A stretch of 64,000 bases of DNA. It comes from Lachnospiraceae bacterium (GTDB taxonomy: Bacteria > Bacillota > Clostridia > Peptostreptococcales > Anaerovoracaceae). This document shows positions 48,228-58,116 of this stretch, one piece after another. The stretch covers positions 1,972 to 65,971 of the forward strand of contig CAVCIY010000026.1 of the NCBI GenBank assembly GCA_963602445.1, given 5' to 3'. Numbering within the stretch: position 1 is the stretch's first letter; each line of letters begins with the position of its first letter. The notes under the pieces are model-generated. The model saw only the letters and a list, made by a program, of their open reading frames with translations. It did not search any database and had not been told where the DNA came from. Position numbers and translations under genes: made by a program.

Positions 48228-48767
48228 CTAATAATTCTCACAATTCACTTCAAAATATGCCTTAGGATGAGCGCATGCCGGGCAAACCTCAGGAGCCTTT
48301 GTGCCGACTACGATGTGACCGCAATTGCGGCATTCCCACACCTTGACCTCGCTCTTTTCAAAGACTTCCTTTGCTTCGACATTCTTGAGCAACGCACGAT
48401 ATCTTTCTTCGTGATGCTTTTCGATAGCCGCAACGAGTCTGAACTTAAATGCAAGAGCCTTAAAGCCTTCCTCTTCAGCTGTCTTTGCGAAATCTTCGTA
48501 CATGTCTGTCCATTCGTAATTTTCGCCGTCAGCCGCAGCTTCGAGATTTGCAGCTGTGTCGCCGATTCCTTCAAGCTCCTTGAACCACATCTTTGCGTGT
48601 TCCTTTTCATTTTCCGCTGTCTTTAAGAAAAGTGCGGCAATCTGCTCATAACCTTCCTTCTTTGCTGCGGAAGCGAAATAAGTATACTTGTTTCGTGCCT
48701 GTGATTCGCCTGCAAATGCAGCCTGTAAATTCTTTTCTGTCTGTGTTCCTGCATACTTGTTTGACAT
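48228..48767 (-). CDS. rbr: Rubrerythrin
   Basis: The diiron ferritin-like domain shows the E..E..H patterns. The C-terminal rubredoxin motif is CRNCG..CPAC. ATG 48767 follows aaggagga. Confidence 0.9.
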   Translation of the reverse strand: MSNKYAGTQTEKNLQAAFAGESQARNKYTYFASAAKKEGYEQIAALFLKTAENEKEHAKMWFKELEGIGDTAANLEAAADGENYEWTDMYEDFAKTAEEEGFKALAFKFRLVAAIEKHHEERYRALLKNVEAKEVFEKSEVKVWECRNCGHIVVGTKAPEVCPACAHPKAYFEVNCENY

Positions 48768-48844
48768 TTTTGTCCTCCTTTTTACAATATCATCTTGCTT
48801 TAATTTATATAATTTATGCATTACATTACATTACATTGCCCTGC

Positions 48845-48960
48845 TGCTGAGCAGCCTGCGCTGCGCCGCATCATCTTGACGCCGAGCAATCTGTTTATCT
48901 GCGCCGCATTATCTTGCTGCTGAGCAGCCTGCGCTGCGCCGCATCATCTTGACGCCGAGC
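48845..48960. repeat. Tandem repeat (72-bp period with 36-bp substructure). One copy contains the last 7 codons and the stop of the downstream-most gene.
   Basis: ctgctgagcagcctgcgctgcgccgcatcatcttgacgccgagcaatc occurs at about 48845 and again at about 48917. Confidence 0.8.
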
Positions 48961-50431
48961 AATCCGCATAAGTGTCAAAAGTCACCTTATCTACAACCTT
49001 CATTAATTCATTGTCATAAACAACGAAATTCAGGCCTCTCTTGTTTTGGCAATAGTTCACGTCATCGATAGTTATCGTGCTTGTCGTGCCGGCATAAGAA
49101 CCGCAGCTTGTCACAGAATAGAATGTATTCTTGTTTCTGATGCTGCCCGAAAGACTTGCCTCGCTTCCTGAAATAAGCGATTCACTCACGCCGTTTTCAG
49201 GCGAAATAACCGCGGCATAGCTCCATCTCATCTTGTCTGTCAGATCCTTTTTCAGACCGAGCTTCTTCAGACCTGCTTTGACCTCGTCGGTAAGTCCCGC
49301 GCTTGCATCATCTGTCGCAGCGATAAATATAGTATAACTGTCGTCATCTATCTCTTCAAGATATTCTTCCATATCGTCTATATGCACAAGCTCGCAATTC
49401 TTTTTAATATGGTCATAATAATCCCTCGTCGACTCATATTGCTCATCCTCGACAGGCTTCACATCATACTCGTCACGAAGAAGCTCGCCGATATATTTCG
49501 ACATTTTTATCGCGCCCCATAGGTTTGCATGGTCTGCCGCATTCTCCTTCGGAGATTCTATGTCGAGCGACTCGTAAATCTCAGTCGAACACATGTTATA
49601 ATAGTCAAGGTCGTTTTCCTCGGCATATTCTGTAAGAGTGTTGTTGTAGGAGTCATTCATCGGATTGTTTGGCTGAGAGATAAGGACAAGCTCAATGCCT
49701 TCGTCCTTGCAAAGCTTAACAGTCTTATCCATATAAGTCTTCATGACGTCCGGAATTTCCTGCCTCGACTCTGTATTTCCGTTGCTTTCAAATGTCGGAT
49801 ACTCGCCCGTTCCGTAAGTTTCTATAGGTGAAAATCCTTTAAGCTCACTGTACTTGGACTCGTCAAAAACAAAATCATATTCGGTCAGGTCCGACCATCT
49901 TGTGTGAAAGCGTATATTTCTGAGATAATAGCTCTCTTCATTTTGAGATTTGTCTATCTTACAGATGTCAGATACTGCCTCACGCTTGACGGAAGACCAT
50001 TTCATCGAGTCCATACACTTTCGGATCAGGCCTTCGTAAGTATTTATCTTGCTTCCGGGATGAATCTGAAACAGAAATCTCGTGTCGAGAACTACGACCT
50101 GTGGGCTTTGGAAACGAAGTGCTTCCTTCAGCCAATAATAACTGAGAAATATGCTTTGCTGTTCGCTCCCGAGATTGTAGCTTCTGATGCCGTAATCATT
50201 GTAGATTTCCTGCGGCGAAAATGCATTTACCGTGACACTCGAACCGAGGAAAAGTACATCTACGGTATTTTTCTCCATCTCGTAGAATTGATTATATGAA
50301 GACGTAGTCGGCCAAATATTATTTTTGAGAATATATTTTGGCATAACCACTTGGTTTATCCAGTGAAGCGACAGGCATAGGATAAGCAAAAATGCAGCAG
50401 CCTTTATTACATTTGAAATATGTTTTCGCAT
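48944..50431 (-). CDS. Membrane-anchored SGNH/DltD-like protein, the probable partner of the adjacent MBOAT
   Basis: It has an N-terminal TM segment and an FLGSSV block reminiscent of DltD/SGNH block I. Its start ATG 50431 lies 2 nt from the MBOAT stop and has the RBS ggaggc. Confidence 0.6.
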   Translation of the reverse strand: MRKHISNVIKAAAFLLILCLSLHWINQVVMPKYILKNNIWPTTSSYNQFYEMEKNTVDVLFLGSSVTVNAFSPQEIYNDYGIRSYNLGSEQQSIFLSYYWLKEALRFQSPQVVVLDTRFLFQIHPGSKINTYEGLIRKCMDSMKWSSVKREAVSDICKIDKSQNEESYYLRNIRFHTRWSDLTEYDFVFDESKYSELKGFSPIETYGTGEYPTFESNGNTESRQEIPDVMKTYMDKTVKLCKDEGIELVLISQPNNPMNDSYNNTLTEYAEENDLDYYNMCSTEIYESLDIESPKENAADHANLWGAIKMSKYIGELLRDEYDVKPVEDEQYESTRDYYDHIKKNCELVHIDDMEEYLEEIDDDSYTIFIAATDDASAGLTDEVKAGLKKLGLKKDLTDKMRWSYAAVISPENGVSESLISGSEASLSGSIRNKNTFYSVTSCGSYAGTTSTITIDDVNYCQNKRGLNFVVYDNELMKVVDKVTFDTYADCSASR

Positions 50432-50432
50432 T

Positions 50433-52787
50433 TTAAAAGCCTCCGTATATAAAATCTGCCGCATCGAAGCCTATTCCGTAGGTTCCGAAAATCCATACGC
50501 TCCATATTGCGCACAGGTAAATGATCCATCTGATTATCAGACTTTGTCTGTTGAACCAGTCTCTGATTTTTATGCCGTTTTCCTGTACGGCACTTACAGC
50601 GATAAGAATCAGAACGCTGACAGCAAGAATCTCGAAATCCTTTTGGCTGAGGCCGAAATCGAAAATCGAGTTGTCGAAAAATATCCACGGATTGAAATTG
50701 CTGAACATAGCACCGATCATCATGAATCCTTCCGCAAGAGTATCAGCTCGGAAAATGATCCACGCAACCATTACGAGGAATGATGTAATGATCATGTCTA
50801 TGATTTTTCGTGCCTTAGAATCCTTAGAAAGGGAAATCTTCTCAAGAATAGCGTCCTTCGGTTTATGAATCGCGTCACCTATTATCTGATATACCGCATG
50901 CATAAGTCCCCAGACAATATATTTCCATCGGCTTCCGTGCCACAGTCCGCTGACCGCAAATGTGCATATAAGATTGAAGTACTTGCGCACCTTGCCTTTT
51001 CTGTTTCCGCCGAGCGGAATGTAAATGTAGTCACGCAGCCATTCGCTGAGTGATATATGCCATCTTCTCCAAAATTCCTTGATCGATGTCGAGAAGTAAG
51101 GATGGTTGAAATTGTTTACAAGCTCTATCCCGAACAATCCTGCGACACCTCTCGAAATCGTCACGCACGAGAGAAAATCCGTATAAAGCTGAATGCTGTA
51201 TAAAATCCCTGCAAGAAGAATATAGCAGCCCGAATAAACTTCCGAATTTTCAAATATATAATCAACGACTATCGCAGACTTTTCGGCGATCATATACTTT
51301 AAAAACACTCCCCAAATGATCAGCTGCACACCGCGCATGATTTTCTCGAAGTCATAAGCAGTACCCTTGTACAGGGTCTCACTGAGCTGAGAATATCTCG
51401 ATATCGGGCCCTGTATGATAATAGGGAAAAATGATACATAAAGAGTATATTTTAGCGGATTTTTCTGTGCAGAGCAGTCCCCTCTGTATACATCTACAAG
51501 ATAAGAGATAATCTGCATAGAGTAAAATGAAAGTCCTATCGGAATAATCCATGAAATTTCTTTGCCTCCGGCAGACGAGCTTTCTATCAGATCTCCAAAC
51601 TTAGTAACGATCAGCGGTGCCGCCGAAAATATAATACCAAGCGCCAGCACAAATTTCATCAATGCGCTTCCTGCATTTTTTGAAGCTTTGCTTCCGCCCG
51701 CAGACTTATCGGCAGGTGCGAAAGCCTCTCTCTCACCTTCCACTCTGTCAGCAGTTGCCGGGGCTTTCTGTCTCGAAACTTCGGGTTTTGAATCTTCAGG
51801 CCTCGAAGCATCCCCCTCACCTGCCGCTCTGTCAGCAGTTGCCGGGGCTTTCTGTCTCGAAACTTCAGGCTTTGAAACTTCAGGCCTCGAAGCATCCCCC
51901 TCACCTGCCGCTCTGTCAGTAGGTGCCGGGGCTTTCTGTCTCGAAACTTCAGGCTTTGAAACTTGAGACTCTGAAGCAATTCTCTCACTTACGGCTCTAT
52001 CCGCATGCCTATAATCCGCAGGCCTCGAACCCGGATGCTCGTAAGCACCCCTTTCTCTTACTGCTCTGCCTGCGGGTACGAAAGCCTCAGGGCCTAACTC
52101 TGCATGCCTTGAAGCAACTCTCGCCCTTGACGCTCTGTCTGAAGGTGCGAAAGCCTCAGGACCAAACACGGAACCCTCCGGCTTTGAAGCTTCATGCCTC
52201 GAAGGTGCATGACCGTAAGAATCAGGCCTCGAACCTGAATGCTCGTAAGCATTCCTCTCGCTTGACACTCTGTCCGCAGGATAGCTGCGTGCGTCTTGCC
52301 TCTTTCGCATTTGACGTCTGTCACGCTCCCTAGGAGAGCCGTTTACAATCTTTTCGGTATATTCCTCAGATCTGCCCCTTTTTGCATTCAGAGGCATCAT
52401 TTTCCGCGGACCGTCCGCATTCCTTGCCTCATCACGCGCCCGCAGACCGTCCGCCACACATTCACTTTCCTTCTTTTCCGTGCGCTGCAGGCGGCCTCTC
52501 GCAGCATCTAAAATAAGTGCCGCCAGATAACTTATCAGAATCGACGCTCCAAAGACAATAAGCTGCATATTGTCATCTGACACCTGAAAACAGAAATATA
52601 CGCTCGCCGCCAGCAGCACGAGCCATCTTCCTTTTTTCGGAATAATATAAAAAAGAATAACTGCCAAAATAACAAAAATATAATATCTCGCAGCCACATA
52701 ACTCATGGCTGTTTTATGTATGCATTCCAGTAATCCAAGAAAATACTGACCCACGTTAATTTGCTCCTTTTTCTGCATATGTCGCAC
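50433..52787 (-). CDS. MBOAT family O-acyltransferase (AlgI/DltB/PatA-like) carrying an intrinsically repetitive insertion of about 290 aa
   Basis: The C-terminal two-thirds has the MBOAT pattern (FW.RWHISLS.WLRDYIYIPLGGN, GLWHG). The N-terminal TM helices are separated from the rest by a Pro/Ser/Ala/Arg-rich repeat region. The start is uncertain: GTG 52754 follows aaggag, and ATG 52706 is also possible. Confidence 0.8.
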   Translation of the reverse strand: MRHMQKKEQINVGQYFLGLLECIHKTAMSYVAARYYIFVILAVILFYIIPKKGRWLVLLAASVYFCFQVSDDNMQLIVFGASILISYLAALILDAARGRLQRTEKKESECVADGLRARDEARNADGPRKMMPLNAKRGRSEEYTEKIVNGSPRERDRRQMRKRQDARSYPADRVSSERNAYEHSGSRPDSYGHAPSRHEASKPEGSVFGPEAFAPSDRASRARVASRHAELGPEAFVPAGRAVRERGAYEHPGSRPADYRHADRAVSERIASESQVSKPEVSRQKAPAPTDRAAGEGDASRPEVSKPEVSRQKAPATADRAAGEGDASRPEDSKPEVSRQKAPATADRVEGEREAFAPADKSAGGSKASKNAGSALMKFVLALGIIFSAAPLIVTKFGDLIESSSAGGKEISWIIPIGLSFYSMQIISYLVDVYRGDCSAQKNPLKYTLYVSFFPIIIQGPISRYSQLSETLYKGTAYDFEKIMRGVQLIIWGVFLKYMIAEKSAIVVDYIFENSEVYSGCYILLAGILYSIQLYTDFLSCVTISRGVAGLFGIELVNNFNHPYFSTSIKEFWRRWHISLSEWLRDYIYIPLGGNRKGKVRKYFNLICTFAVSGLWHGSRWKYIVWGLMHAVYQIIGDAIHKPKDAILEKISLSKDSKARKIIDMIITSFLVMVAWIIFRADTLAEGFMMIGAMFSNFNPWIFFDNSIFDFGLSQKDFEILAVSVLILIAVSAVQENGIKIRDWFNRQSLIIRWIIYLCAIWSVWIFGTYGIGFDAADFIYGGF
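51743..51975. repeat. In-frame 84-bp x about 2.8 tandem repeat inside the MBOAT gene. More degenerate copies extend to about 52300.
   Basis: ctctgtcagcagttgccggggctttctgtctcgaaacttc.. recurs at 51743, 51827 and 51911. It encodes a 28-aa unit, SKPEVSRQKAPATADRAAGEGDASRPE. Confidence 0.85.
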
Positions 52788-53033
52788 AAAATGCGACCGG
52801 GGAGAAAATATACATCCTTATTTTTTCGCATTCAGCGTAATTATAACATATTTTGATATCATTATTACATGATATTATTATTACAACTTTTTCGGTCAGT
52901 TATCGGCTTCACAAGCACCCAAAATATGCATTTATCAATGTTAAAAATAATCATTTGACGAAACAGGAAAGCACGCATTATCAAGGCCGAAAGCATCTGC
53001 GCGCCAAGGTCAAAAACATCCGCATGCCAAGGC

Positions 53034-53071
53034 TGAAAAAAACAGGGAAAACACATTTCATGCTTTCCCTG
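53034..53071 (-). terminator. Rho-independent terminator of bioY
   Basis: On the minus strand, cagggaaagc pairs with gttttccctg and is followed by ttttttt. Confidence 0.65.
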
Positions 53072-53076
53072 CTTTC

Positions 53077-53140
53077 ATTAATCAAAGTCTGTCAAAATTT
53101 GCAGCTGTCATTATCAAAGTCTGTCAAAATTCGCAAAATC
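53077..53140. repeat. Tandem repeat, about 32 bp x 2, just downstream of bioY
   Basis: atcaaagtctgtcaaaatt occurs twice. Confidence 0.75.
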
Positions 53141-53676
53141 TATACTTTGCCAATATGCTTACCTACTCTCACGCTTATCCGCCATGCCAAAAGAAGCTTC
53201 AGCAGGTCTGGAATAACAAACGGCAGCACGCACATTGCGATCGTCGCAAAAAATCCTTTTCCGGACGTCCCGACTGCCATGAACCAAAGAGTCCCTATCA
53301 AATAGCAGATCAAAAGCCCGCCGACAAGCAGCAGCACCTTTCCTTTGCTTCCTTTTTTTGCGGTGCTCCCGACATGGGATTCGCCAAGGATATAGACAAG
53401 TCCCATGAAGATGAAACCTATTATATATCCGCCTGTCGGACCTATCACATGACTTATTCCGCCCTGAAATCCCGAAAAAACCGGAACTCCGACTATTCCA
53501 AGCAGCAGATAAAGCCCTATAGCGGCAGTACCTCTTTTCCCGCCGAGAATCAGAAGCGCAAGAAATACGCCAAATGTCTGCATTGTAAAAGGAACCGCCG
53601 CAGGTACCGAGATCCACGAACATATACTTATAACAGCCGCCATAACGGCCACAAGTGTCATATCTTTAACTTTCAT
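53140..53676 (-). CDS. bioY: Biotin transporter BioY (ECF S-component)
   Basis: The sequence PFTMQTFGVFLA..GLYLLLGIVGVPVFSGFQGG..GPTGGYIIGF matches BioY. Confidence 0.9.
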   Translation of the reverse strand: MKVKDMTLVAVMAAVISICSWISVPAAVPFTMQTFGVFLALLILGGKRGTAAIGLYLLLGIVGVPVFSGFQGGISHVIGPTGGYIIGFIFMGLVYILGESHVGSTAKKGSKGKVLLLVGGLLICYLIGTLWFMAVGTSGKGFFATIAMCVLPFVIPDLLKLLLAWRISVRVGKHIGKV

Positions 53677-53734
53677 GATAACACCCCAACTTTCTTACAT
53701 TAATCCATACTCATTTTCCGTCTTCCGCGCTGTA

Positions 53735-54694
53735 TCATGACAGCGAAATCGTGATAATTCCGGCGAAAATCAGCGCAATAAAGAAATATTGCGTGGCTGT
53801 AAGCTTTTCTTTCAGAAGAATTCTTGAAAGAGTAAATGATATTATAATAGTTCCCGCACCAAGAATAACTGCTGCCATTCCAGTACCCTCAGAGAGCGAA
53901 AACATATAAGTCGACTGACCTGCAGTTTCAAATAATGCCGCAAGAATCTTATTTTTCTGAGAAGCTATACTTTTTAAGGAAAATTTTTCGTCACTCTCGC
54001 CTGAAGAAACTGAAAACAGCTTGACATTCTTTCGCTTTAAGTAAAGCAAAATAAAAATTGAACATATGAAAAATGCGATCTCATAGCAGCAATTTGCCGT
54101 ATGTTCAAGATTTTCCTCAGTCACACCGACAAGAACAGATGTTTCTGCGCTGTCCGTATAATAAATATCAAAAAATGTTCCTATAGCATCAAGAATCATA
54201 TAGCAAAAAGGCATCGCTATCGAAACTAATGCAAGCTTTTTTCCGTATTTTCCGGTTCTTTTTTCCTTTCCTGATCTGTCAAAAATCCCGGCGCCCAGAA
54301 TGCCGACAAATACAAGTATAATAGCTATCACCATCTGTGTATTCAGCTTTTGGTGCAGAAAAACGGCACACAGGATAGGAACCACCGCGCACGATGTATT
54401 TTCGATCGGATCTGCGATAGATTCTTCGATATAACGAACTCCGAAATAAGAACATGTCATCGAAACGATATAGCATAATGCCACCGGTAAATATTTCAGG
54501 AAATTTATCGGGAAATATTTCAAACTCACACCTTGTGTAAACAGTATGATCAAAGCATAAATTCCAAAGCAAAATCCCACAAAGACAGTAGTCTTCAAAT
54601 GAGCATACTTTTCATCGGCAGTATTGCCTTTTTTGTAAAAAATCTCTGCCATTCCCCAGGAAAATGTCGAAAAAATCAAAAAAAACCACAACAT
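53735..54694 (-). CDS. DMT/EamA-like family membrane transporter
   Basis: A 10-TM-like profile with two related halves. ATG 54694 follows agagg. Confidence 0.6.
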   Translation of the reverse strand: MLWFFLIFSTFSWGMAEIFYKKGNTADEKYAHLKTTVFVGFCFGIYALIILFTQGVSLKYFPINFLKYLPVALCYIVSMTCSYFGVRYIEESIADPIENTSCAVVPILCAVFLHQKLNTQMVIAIILVFVGILGAGIFDRSGKEKRTGKYGKKLALVSIAMPFCYMILDAIGTFFDIYYTDSAETSVLVGVTEENLEHTANCCYEIAFFICSIFILLYLKRKNVKLFSVSSGESDEKFSLKSIASQKNKILAALFETAGQSTYMFSLSEGTGMAAVILGAGTIIISFTLSRILLKEKLTATQYFFIALIFAGIITISLS

Positions 54695-54759
54695 AAAAAT
54701 ACCTCTGTTTTTACTAAACACCAACTATATCCAATTCATATTCTCAGTCAGATCATAAG

Positions 54760-54868
54760 CTCGTCCAAAACATGCACGCGGCATTGCAAGCCTTCGCTCT
54801 GCCAACTTTTCCGCTCGTGCAAAATCCGCACGCGGCATTGCAAGCCCTCGCCTCGGCCGCTGCACCGC
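54760..54868. repeat. Tandem repeat, 54 bp x 2
   Basis: ctcgt(c/g)caaaa(c/t)(a/c)(t/c)gcacgcggcattgcaagcc is repeated. Confidence 0.8.
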
Positions 54869-55209
54869 TTGGCTTTACGACTTGACCTTTACGCTCGGCT
54901 CTCGCACCCGGCTTAGAGATTCATCGCAAGCAGCATAAAAAATACGCATTGATAACTGAGTATAACATAAAAAAGTACCTTCGTTCATTAAAAATTGTTT
55001 TTTATACAACATGACGCCCGCAAAATATCAAAATAATTGCGGACGTCATATCTTTTATTAATAGCAAATTGTATCGTAAATCCATCATTGATGGTGATGG
55101 GCAGGTTAAATTTGTGATGGGCTTGATGGTGGTGATGGCAGGATAACTTACTGCCGCACAAGCCCATCACGGTTTTCAGGTTTGTATATGGCTTATTCTT
55201 AAATTCAAA

Positions 55210-55491
55210 TTATATTCCCTTGCCGCTGCGTAAGCTACCGCTGCGAAAATTGCTGCTGCGTAAGCTGTCGCTGCGAAAATCGTTTCCGCTTAAATTGCCG
55301 GCACTCAAATCACTGTCGCCTAAGTGACTGTGACAACCGCCTCCAAGGGCACAATGAGCACAATTGCCGCCGCATGAGGACTTTCCCTTTTTCTTATCCC
55401 TCATGAGTTTGGCTGAAATCGACACAACTATTGCGGCCAACACCAGTATAACGACTATCGTTCCTATGTTATCTGCAAGCCATGCCATCAT
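55210..55491 (-). CDS. FeoB-associated Cys-rich membrane protein with a repetitive C-terminal extension
   Basis: It has an N-terminal TM segment followed by CGGNCAHCALGGGC. The tail contains an in-frame 30-bp x 2 repeat (55225-55284). Confidence 0.75.
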   Translation of the reverse strand: MMAWLADNIGTIVVILVLAAIVVSISAKLMRDKKKGKSSCGGNCAHCALGGGCHSHLGDSDLSAGNLSGNDFRSDSLRSSNFRSGSLRSGKGI

Positions 55492-55653
55492 AAAGCATAC
55501 CCCCTTTTTCGTGTAAACTGATATCCTAATCTGTTTCCTTTTTACCCTTTTAGCTCTTTTGTCAAAAGGCTTCTGACTGATTTTCCTGTCATAAAGCCTT
55601 TTGTCTTAAAGCTCTTTCCCTAATGTTTTTTTCCAAGATTTTATTTAAATGTA

Positions 55654-58053
55654 TTACTTTAATCTGTCTGCTTCCTTATAAGGTCTGAACAGCATATAGA
55701 TCATAGCGGCAAAGACTACGACGGCTGCGATAAGTCCAATTATATTTAAGTTTCCGGTGAAAGCGTTTCCGAATTGGTTGATCATAAGAGCAATACAATA
55801 AGCAAATCCGCACTGGTACAAAATCGCAAACCATGTCCATTTTCTGTTGTTCATCTCACGCTTGATTGCGCCGATTGCAGCGAAGCAAGGAGCGCAAAGG
55901 AGGTTGAATACCATGAAAGCATATCCTGTAATTCCCGTAAATGTATCTGCGAGAGTAGCATATACATTTCCGCTTGCGCCGTAGAGTATTCCCATAGTGC
56001 CTACAATATTTTCCTTTGCGACGAGACCTGTAATGGACGCGACTGTAGCCTGCCATGTGCCAAATCCGAGCGGCATAAATATCCATGCGATAGCGCCGCC
56101 GATTGAGGCGAGAATGGAAAGATTGAGTTCATCTTCAGAAAGCATTCTGAAACCTTCTTCTGTAAATCCGAAGTATGATGTAAACCATACTGCTATAGTT
56201 GAGAGAAGGATTATAGTTCCGGCCTTCTTGATAAATGACCAGCCGCGTTCCCACATAGAGCGGAGAACATTTTTGAGTGTAGGCAGATGATATGCAGGAA
56301 GTTCCATTACGAACGGTGCAGGATCGCCTGAGAACATCTTTGTCTTCTTAAGCATAATGCCTGATATGATAATGGCAAGCATACCGATGAAATATGCAGA
56401 AGTTGCCACCCATGCACTTCCTCCAAAGATTGCGCCCGCAATCATTGCGATAAACGGAACCTTTGCGCCGCACGGTATAAATGTGGTTGTCATAATGGTC
56501 ATCCTGCGGTCACGTTCATTTTCAATAGTTCTTGATGCCATGATGCCCGGTACGCCGCAGCCTGTTCCGACAAGCATAGGTATAAACGACTTTCCCGAAA
56601 GTCCGAATTTTCTGAAAATACGGTCAAGAACGAATGCGATACGTGCCATATATCCGCATGCTTCAAGTGCTGCAAGCATGAAGAATAATACGAGCATCTG
56701 AGGAACAAATCCGAGGACAGCACCGACACCGGCAACTATACCGTCAAGGATAACGCCTCTTACGACAGCTCCTGCTCCATCCTCCGCTACATTCAGCGCA
56801 TTCAGGAGATTCTCGATAAGAGTAGGCACTCCCGGAACCCATATGCCATAGTCGGCAGGGTCAGGCTCTTCGCCGAAAGAATCTATCGTTTCAAGAGAAT
56901 TTTCATATTCGTCCAATGTTGCTCTTTCTTCACTTACCGCAAGAGTTTCTTCGTCTTCTACTTCATATGTGAAGCTGTCCGTAGGCTCTGTGCCGTTTTC
57001 TTCGACATAAGCATCATATCCGTCAACGATAAGCGATGCTTTTGAATATTCCTCAGACGCTTCTTCATAAGCCGACGAGCCGATGCCAAACAGGTGCCAG
57101 CCGTCGCCAAAAAGTCCGTCATTTGCCCAGTCTGTCGCTGCAGAGCCGACTCCAACCATAGAGATCCAGTAAACTAAAAACATTATAATTGCGAATATAG
57201 GCAGTCCAAGCCAACGGTTAGTAACGATCTTGTCGATTTTATCGGATGAGCTGAGTGCTTCGCTGCTCTTTTTCTTGTAGCAGGCCTTTATGATTGATGC
57301 TATGTAGATATAACGCTCGTTCGTAATAATCGATTCTGCGTCATCATCAAGTTCTTTTTCGGCTGCGCTTATGTCATTTTCGATATGGGCAAGCTTATCT
57401 GAAGGAATCTTCAATTTTTCCAACACCTTGCTGTCGCGCTCAAATATCTTGATTGCGTACCATCTTTGCTGCTCCTCGGGCATGTCATGCAGTACAGCCT
57501 CTTCTATATGAGCCACAGCATGCTCAACGGCTCCTGAGAAGCTGTGCATCGGAACTGTTTTCGTATGCTTTGCAGCATCGATTGCCTTCTCGGCAGCTTC
57601 CATCGTGCCGGTTCCTTTGAGTGCGGAAATCTCCACAACCTCGCAACCGAGCTGCTTTGCAAGCTCACTTGTGCGGATAACGTCACCGTTTTTCTTGACT
57701 ATATCCATCATATTTATTGCGACTACTACAGGAATTCCAAGCTCTGTAAGCTGAGTTGTGAGGTAGAGGTTTCTCTCAAGATTCGTGCCGTCTACCAGAT
57801 TCAATATCGCATCAGGTCTCTCATCTATCAGATAATTTCTCGCAACTACTTCTTCGAGAGTATATGGTGAAAGCGAATAAATTCCCGGAAGGTCCGTGAT
57901 GATTACATCATCATGTTTTTTCAGTTTTCCTTCCTTCTTTTCTACTGTAACTCCCGGCCAGTTTCCCACAAACTGGTTTGAACCGGTAAGCGCATTAAAA
58001 AGCGTGGTTTTTCCGCAATTCGGATTTCCCGCAAGTGCAATTTTAATACTCAT
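55654..58053 (-). CDS. feoB: Ferrous iron transporter FeoB
   Basis: The N-terminal G-domain is GNPNCGKTTLFN, followed by a polytopic permease. Confidence 0.95.
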   Translation of the reverse strand: MSIKIALAGNPNCGKTTLFNALTGSNQFVGNWPGVTVEKKEGKLKKHDDVIITDLPGIYSLSPYTLEEVVARNYLIDERPDAILNLVDGTNLERNLYLTTQLTELGIPVVVAINMMDIVKKNGDVIRTSELAKQLGCEVVEISALKGTGTMEAAEKAIDAAKHTKTVPMHSFSGAVEHAVAHIEEAVLHDMPEEQQRWYAIKIFERDSKVLEKLKIPSDKLAHIENDISAAEKELDDDAESIITNERYIYIASIIKACYKKKSSEALSSSDKIDKIVTNRWLGLPIFAIIMFLVYWISMVGVGSAATDWANDGLFGDGWHLFGIGSSAYEEASEEYSKASLIVDGYDAYVEENGTEPTDSFTYEVEDEETLAVSEERATLDEYENSLETIDSFGEEPDPADYGIWVPGVPTLIENLLNALNVAEDGAGAVVRGVILDGIVAGVGAVLGFVPQMLVLFFMLAALEACGYMARIAFVLDRIFRKFGLSGKSFIPMLVGTGCGVPGIMASRTIENERDRRMTIMTTTFIPCGAKVPFIAMIAGAIFGGSAWVATSAYFIGMLAIIISGIMLKKTKMFSGDPAPFVMELPAYHLPTLKNVLRSMWERGWSFIKKAGTIILLSTIAVWFTSYFGFTEEGFRMLSEDELNLSILASIGGAIAWIFMPLGFGTWQATVASITGLVAKENIVGTMGILYGASGNVYATLADTFTGITGYAFMVFNLLCAPCFAAIGAIKREMNNRKWTWFAILYQCGFAYCIALMINQFGNAFTGNLNIIGLIAAVVVFAAMIYMLFRPYKEADRLK

Positions 58054-58116
58054 GACAGTTTGTCCCTCCTAATTTAGCATTATTTATGAATTAGTACTAT
58101 TTAAATTTAGTTAATC

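Noticed and set aside
51562-52333. Plus- and minus-strand ORFs inside the MBOAT repeat region (51562..51966, 51659..51988, 51923..52333, 52094..52324)
   Set aside because: They are artefacts of the 84-bp periodic, compositionally biased DNA, which stays open in several frames. The MBOAT frame is the only one that connects conserved N- and C-terminal parts.
54988-55170. A His-rich 60-aa ORF (..CHHHHQAHHK..) downstream of the feo genes as a metal-binding peptide
   Set aside because: It has no Shine-Dalgarno sequence upstream. The His codons arise from a tgatgg-type DNA repeat. The 3' half overlaps a hairpin (55011-55049) and encodes an implausible sequence.
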